Source: Marsupella aquatica
Taxonomy: Eukaryota > Plantae > Marchantiophyta
Assembly: GCA_973895155.1 (NCBI GenBank)
Contig: OZ316894.1
Span: 5,870,268-5,934,267 of the forward strand
Length of the DNA: 64,000 bases
Direction of reading: 5' to 3'
Positions 60,717-64,000 of the stretch are shown one piece after another. Under the pieces are notes generated by a model that did not search any database, was not told the DNA's origin, and worked only from the letters and a program-made list of their open reading frames with translations. Positions within the stretch are counted from its first letter, which is position 1, and each line of letters opens with the position of its first letter. Both the position numbers and the translations under genes were made by a program.

Positions 60717-62522
60717 GTATACTCTTTAGCAATGCAGGGCCGACCATCGTCTCAATTGGAGATTATGTCACAGTGGAGCTCACTATGTCAATCATTGTAA
60801 CCTTAACACATCCTTTGGCGATAACTCCTATTTCTGGCTCAATCAGGTTATCTCTCTTCCATCTCAGCCTTCTCCGTTATGGAAAACTTGAATTGGCCAA
60901 ACATTTTGGGATCTCATGGGCCAGTTTTGCACTAATTAATCCGTGGACCCCCATGTTATTCTAGAAACTAAAGCCTAGATGGACCTCCTAGTCTAAAGAA
61001 AACAAAATTCAAAAATGGACAAGTCAATGTTTGACACTTGAAATAGTTGCCAAACTTACCAATACAACCATAATTAAGATCAGATACAAAACCAGCTTTT
61101 AGAACTAAATTTATCAATGTTAAGTTCATTAAAAAACTAAATAAATTCTAAAATTCATAATCTACTTAATACTTGATAAAATCTGTTAATTTTAGTTTCA
61201 TTCTCATGAAAGGGGTCAACATTTCAGGGGTTGTACAACAAAGATTTCTATTCACGTTAGAGATTATGAAATCACGGGTAAAAATCTATTTTTCAAAATT
61301 ACTTACTCAATTCTTATCGAATGGTGACAATGTTGAGCTCATTAGGATCGTCTCTTCAAAATCTTTCCAATGCCATATTATACGTGAGTTTTTATTATGA
61401 TTTGACTCAACAATGTCAAATAAAAAATTGTTGTCGGGAAAATTTTATGTTTTGAATAAAATCAAAATGGAAATAACAGTTTTACTTCAAATTTTTTACA
61501 TTCTTTTTTTCGGCATGGCGTCCCAATTTTTACAACAAAGTTGCCACAAACACGAATGTAGAAGTTAATTTTATCCAAAAACAAGTCTCTTCCTGTTTGC
61601 GGCGTGCCATGATGAGGTGGTGCACTGTGGAGCCAGGAATTTTGGAAAGGACCTCTAATGGGGTCCATAATTAAGGGCTGATATTTGCCACATATTCTGG
61701 GTCTAGATAACCACAATGTAAACAGCTCTCCTTAAATCTAACTTCCCAGTTAAATCTAGGAAATTTACACAAGCTGAGGAGTATTCTCAGGATCTCCTTT
61801 TTGACAAAGGTAGCATTTGCCACCTTGGGCCAATAAATTAAACAATCCTAGAGTATCCTGGTCTGCTTCTTGAATTGTGCTAAAAGTCTGGGGAAAAGGT
61901 TTTCTCCAAATACCCTGTTAACTAGCTTGTATGGATATGCAAAACGAAAGCTCTAGTATACACATAGATTGGTTCCAGAGACTCCAATGGACACCCTTAA
62001 ACAGTTCTGGCCATATCCCTACTCAGAATTTTGCATTAAATGATTAATTCTCCAAAGAAGCTGGCTCTAATTGGTTCACATGAATATAAAACCAGCAGTG
62101 TGTGGGCCCAGGTCATTTTTGTTTTCCATTCCTCAATCAACAAGACAGACTAAATATCTACCACACTGCCAAAAAAAAGGCTCCCAACCAGGAGAAGCTA
62201 TATCCCAGAATTCAGGAAGGAGACCCAAGTCATTGCCCTTGGGGATTACATCTCATTATGGGTTACCCTACACATCTTGCACCCTTCCCTTCATCGTACA
62301 GGGTTGCTTGACCATTTTATATTCTACACTTCCTTTAATTAGGTCATCCACCTGCTTTTTCCCATACTCTTTGATTCCAAAATGAGGCTCAAAAGACCAA
62401 AATAACTGAAGAGTACAACAATTTGAGGGTTTGTCCTTCAGCCGGTTGTGCTTGAGGTTTACCCAATGGTCCCCCTACATGGGGGAAAAATTAGGTTCAT
62501 GCAAAATTAGGTTCATGAATAA

Positions 62523-63240
62523 TTAGGTTCATGCAAAATGAAATGAAATTGTTTAGCCCAGGTAGACAAAGTGATGCTCCCAATATAGCATGTTCATCTT
62601 GGAACATGCTTCTTCTTTTTTGTCTGGTAGTGAAATGTAATTCATTTGATTTATTTTATGATAAAAGAAGTAAGTACATGTAAAGATATGCCAATAAATT
62701 AATATGTGTTCATTAAAAGTTAGTGACATAGTGCACATGCAAACAAAAGCACATTATGACCAAGAAAGTACAAAGTTATTAAAGAGTTGTGCATATACAT
62801 GTTTTCACTTGCTTCTAGGTAATGACAATCAACTCAATTAAAACCATAAATTTTGTAAAATAAACCATAAGGGAACTTAGTACACCAGATGTGTGTACAT
62901 TATTCAGATTCATTTCTCTCACTCTCATGAGAAAAATAATAATTCACTAAAGAGTGATTGAAACAGAAAAATTAAACATTTATGAGGAGAGCCAAATACA
63001 TTCAAAGTACTCTAAGTTCACTAAAACTAAAAGGGGTCCAAAAGTTAATTCAAAATCAAATTAATACAAATGATTCACCTTGTTAAGGCACATTAAAATC
63101 AAAATACTGAACACAAAATCTGAATAAGACAAATCTGGAAGGTAGATTGACCATATAGTATAGCAGTTTCATAATTCTGATTAGGTTCATGCAAAATGAA
63201 ATGAAATTGTTTAGCCAGGCCGACAAAGTGATGTTCCCAA
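62523..63240. repeat. AT-rich repeat bounded by ~60-bp direct repeats
   Basis: TTAGGTTCATGCAAAATGAAATGAAATTGTTTAGCC..AGG..GACAAAGTGATG.TCCCAA at ~62523 and ~63181; the interior matches 18540-19050. Confidence 0.7.
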
Positions 63241-64000
63241 AGGGTGAGTGGGCTGCAAACCGGGCTGCAAAATATATTGTCTGGCTTCTGTGGGAAACTG
63301 AGGGTAAATTAAATTCCAGTTACTACAGCCTGAAATTATTGTAAGCCGAAATTGCTTTCAAAAATATGGTGTTTGTTGAAACAGGGCATTTTTTTAGTGC
63401 CAAATATTTGCCTGATTCCATCTGTCTAAGTATATGCCACTTTTGGCTAAAATTTTCTAGTAGTCATTAGCCAGTTTTCCAACCTAGCCACGTACCCCAT
63501 TGGCCAGAATCTAATGGTTCTCCTTAAATCTAGGGGGATCTAATGGTAAAAATGAATCTGACTTGGAAAACTAGATACCGGATATTATTAGCTTACTTTT
63601 TCCCATTGCATAAGGTGACATTTGCCACACTGGCAAAGAAGAAAAACCTTGGTTGCAAACACGTGTTTCAGCTTTCTGTAAGCTGAATACCGTCAACTAC
63701 TATACTACGGTTTCGATCCGGCCAAAAACTCTTAGTCAAATGCTTACAAACCTAAAAAGAGGGAACACAATCTAGCCGTCAAATATATTTCAAAGTTTTA
63801 TCTATCACTGTTGGATGGTGTACAGCTGGGTGCCCGATAAAGGTCTATTATCTTGAGAGGGGGCTATGTATGCTAGCCTAATAGCCAAGGAATAACGGGG
63901 ACTTTACAAGACGGTGGGACCATTCCTGTAATTGAAAAGGAGGGAACAATTGTAACGATGTGGTCAGATATTGTCCAGGGTTATTTGAGACTGTTGGATT

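Overview
Eukaryotic nuclear DNA from a land plant, probably a non-seed lineage (inference from gene content and style; not provable here). Seven protein-coding genes can be modelled: (1) a minus-strand SH4/ASR3-type trihelix transcription factor with THREE tandem trihelix domains, each on its own phase-1 exon, and two apparent GC-AG introns; (2) a probably plastid-targeted coiled-coil protein resembling Arabidopsis At1g06510; (3) a DUF688-type Ser-rich protein; (4) an intronless spermidine-synthase-like SAM methyltransferase; (5) an aminoacylase-1 (peptidase M20); (6) an intronless calumenin/reticulocalbin-like EF-hand protein; (7) a glutathionyl-hydroquinone reductase (Xi-class GST). Intergenic DNA holds a full-length but decayed Ty1/copia LTR retrotransposon (both LTRs, PBS, PPT, 5-bp TSD) carrying two nested MITEs of one family (CTCRGGGG termini, 8-bp TSDs), other MITE-like inverted repeats, retroelement fragments, many minisatellites, relic ORFs of unknown family and a 93-nt GC-rich cloverleaf-like fold. 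No rRNA, tRNA or CRISPR array was found. All exon models were read by eye and lack transcript support.
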